Source: Takakia lepidozioides
Lineage: Eukaryota; Plantae; Bryophyta
Assembly (NCBI GenBank): GCA_030704615.1
Contig: CM060731.1
Span: forward strand, 73,346,001 to 73,410,000
Direction: 5' to 3'
Length of the DNA: 64,000 bases
Part shown: one piece after another, positions 61,795 to 64,000 of the stretch
Layout of the letters: every line of letters starts with the position of its first letter
Numbering within the stretch: position 1 is the first letter of the stretch
Translations under genes and position numbers: made by a program
Notes under the pieces: generated by a model
What the model saw: the letters and a program-made list of their open reading frames with translations, nothing else
Told to the model about the DNA's origin: nothing
Databases searched by the model: none

Positions 61795-62063
61795 GAGCAA
61801 GTACAACTTGGTGGTGTAACATCACTATTGCCTTCCACTAAGGAGCAAGTACAACTTGGTGGTGTAACATCACTATTGCCTTCCACTAAGGGCCGACACT
61901 GGGTCACGGTGGTTGCCCCCACCCGCATGAAGTAACCAGTTGACACCCCTTTTAAGAGCTTAGTTGGCCGGGTAACATCCAACATACATCTATGTGGCTT
62001 TGAACCCAGGACCACTTTGTAAGGCGGCCTTGTGCCCTGACTACTAGGTCATGTGTTGGATGC
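61795..62063 (-). mobile_element. tRNA-derived SINE-like element with a 48-bp tandem duplication at its 3' end
   Basis: Minus strand has an A-box-like TGACCTAGTAGTCAGG and a B-box-like GGTTCAAAGCC, enclosed by a CATCCAACA/TGTTGGATG stem. 48-bp direct repeat at 61795 and 61843. Confidence 0.5.
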
Positions 62064-64000
62064 TTTAGCCAAGAATGATCACTGAAATACCTACTGAAAA
62101 AAACTTTGGTTGCATACACATATGTTCTTCATCTGGTATATCAGAAGTCTTTGGGTGGCGGGTTGTGCAATTATACAGTAAGCTCACCATCTACAGTGCA
62201 GGACTCACCCGTTGCAGCTAGCAGCACTTCTGCTAGCAGCGTAACGCTTATATCATCCCATTTCATAGGCTCTGAGGGGTCCCTGTGGCTGTAGTAGATT
62301 TTCATCTTTCTTATGGCTCTCTCTTTATGCATGTTCCCTTTCCCCATAGAGGAACTGACACTGAGACAGATGCAACATCTCCGTAAGGTACAGGATGTGC
62401 TGATATTATAATCATGCTGTCCAGAGTCATGCACAAGCCACACTGATAGGAACAATACCGGGCAAGGCCCATGCCTTGGTCAATATGCCATGGCCAACAT
62501 TTACAAGGGTCAATCAAACAGTCTACATCTCTTCTTCCCTGGCCCCTCCTTCCACCTGAAAAGAAGGGAGGTGAATCTCAAGCTCCCAAACAGTTTACCA
62601 CATTGCTAAATCCCAGTGTTTGAGGAAAACCAGTGCAATTCAAGTACCTGAGCTTCCGCAATCTCTGTGTCTGATTTGACAATATCTGAAGAGATAGGAT
62701 GGAGCACACACAAGAAAAACAAATCTGACTTTCCAAACGCTACGCCATGCGCTTGCCTGTATCCACAATGAGCAAAGCAAATTCCACAGCAAATTAAATA
62801 CATGAAAGTTCTAACTACATGGACTAGATAAAAAGAGAAAAAAAAACTGTGACTATCTTTTCTGGGCTGGCCTTGTTGTGGCCAAGCCTGAGTTGGGATG
62901 CAGCAGAGAAGGGGGTGGAAGGGGAGGATAGGCAAAGTTGACAGGATCAAAGAAGAGCAGAATACTGGGGTCCACTACCGTTGCAGAGGTCTAGTTGCCC
63001 CTTTCTATGACAAAGAGAAAAGAAGACTTTATGTAGAAAATAAGAAACAGAGGAATACCTGAATCCTAACACTTCCACAAACTCTGCATCTACCTGCAAT
63101 TCCCCACCATGTGTTTCCATCCCCAGTCAGATGCTTGTCAATCCCAAAACAACATTTTCCTTGTAAATTGCAAAGGTGTTGTCCCTACCTAGTATTTGTA
63201 TTCCACTTTGCAGCTAGAAATCTGGTCTTTCACAGGACAAGTTAGACAAATCAGCTAGAAATCTAAAGGTTCTGACTAGGGTAAGGACTCAAACATCCAG
63301 CACCAGAAAGCTTGTTATCTGTGTACCTCCAGTAGCTGGTGAAACCCCTTGCAGCTCAAATCCCATTTAGATTTTAACCATGCAACTACTTAAGCTCATT
63401 CTGCTGAGACAATGTGGTACTCACCTACTCACAGCACACTGCATTCAGTAGCAGACTTCCTCCCTTTTGAAGTCTCCTATGGCCTCTATGGGTTCTACAG
63501 TATTGGCGGACCCTAATGCTATGCATGGGTGGGCCTCCTTGACTTTCAGTACTGAACCTGTACAATGCACAGGCAAGTAAATGTGTTGACAAGGTAAAGT
63601 AGGGAAGGTTCATATACCCCTGTTTCCTCCTTCACCTCTCTGATAGCTCCAGCAGAGATGTCCTCTCCCTGTGTGTAGTTTGAATGTCAGAAATGGCTTC
63701 TCAAAAACCTAACATCTCTAAGCAGGCATACAGATCCTCTTCAGTTAAAAAACATAGATTGTCATGAGCAGAGACAATGCATGGCATAGGAGGTGGCTGC
63801 AAGGGTGCACACTACTGATCCCAGAGAAGAAAGTAGACTAAAAATGTCAGACCTGAAGGACAATGCCTGTAGGCATTTTCCATATTCCTGTCCCTTTGAA
63901 AGTCCCACTTTTCTCTTGCACAGCCAAGATCTGTCCAACCATTTCACAGCTTTCAATTTGAATCCTACCTAACACCCTGAAGGAACTCCTCTCTCTCCCC

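Noticed and set aside
61549-63956. Scattered minus-strand exon-like segments of a possible host gene
   Set aside because: Splice-like boundaries exist, but I could not assemble a consistent ORF or recognise a domain.

Overview
Eukaryotic, plant-like genomic DNA (GT-AG introns, nested transposable elements, one 500-N gap); the species cannot be determined from the sequence. The window is dominated by a ~15.4-kb Mutator-type (MULE) DNA transposon family. It is present as a near-complete copy (830-16197, 9-bp TSD), an inverted and internally rearranged copy (~31424-46080, 8-9-bp TSD), and a partial copy after the gap (47231-51672). Each full copy encodes a GCM-like/DDE/SWIM transposase, a spliced cargo gene fusing a ParB/Srx-like domain (WDGNHR) to a beta-class N6A/N4C DNA methyltransferase-like domain, and a head-to-head pair of orphan paralogs. 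It also carries about 45 copies of a 22-bp palindrome, GGAAATGCGGYRCCGCATTTCC, mostly in a 53-bp-phased array and in introns. Between copies 1 and 2 lie a Sola-like transposase pseudogene, three FCP1/NIF-type HAD phosphatase-like genes, and a second, very divergent ParB-MTase-like gene with its own palindrome, CACGCGYGATCRCGCG. A third ParB-MTase homolog (56.6-60.6 kb) shares intron positions with the MULE cargo, looks intact and has no palindromes. Main hypothesis (inference): a transposon-borne 'ParB/parS-like + methyltransferase' self-targeting epigenetic module, with one possibly domesticated copy.
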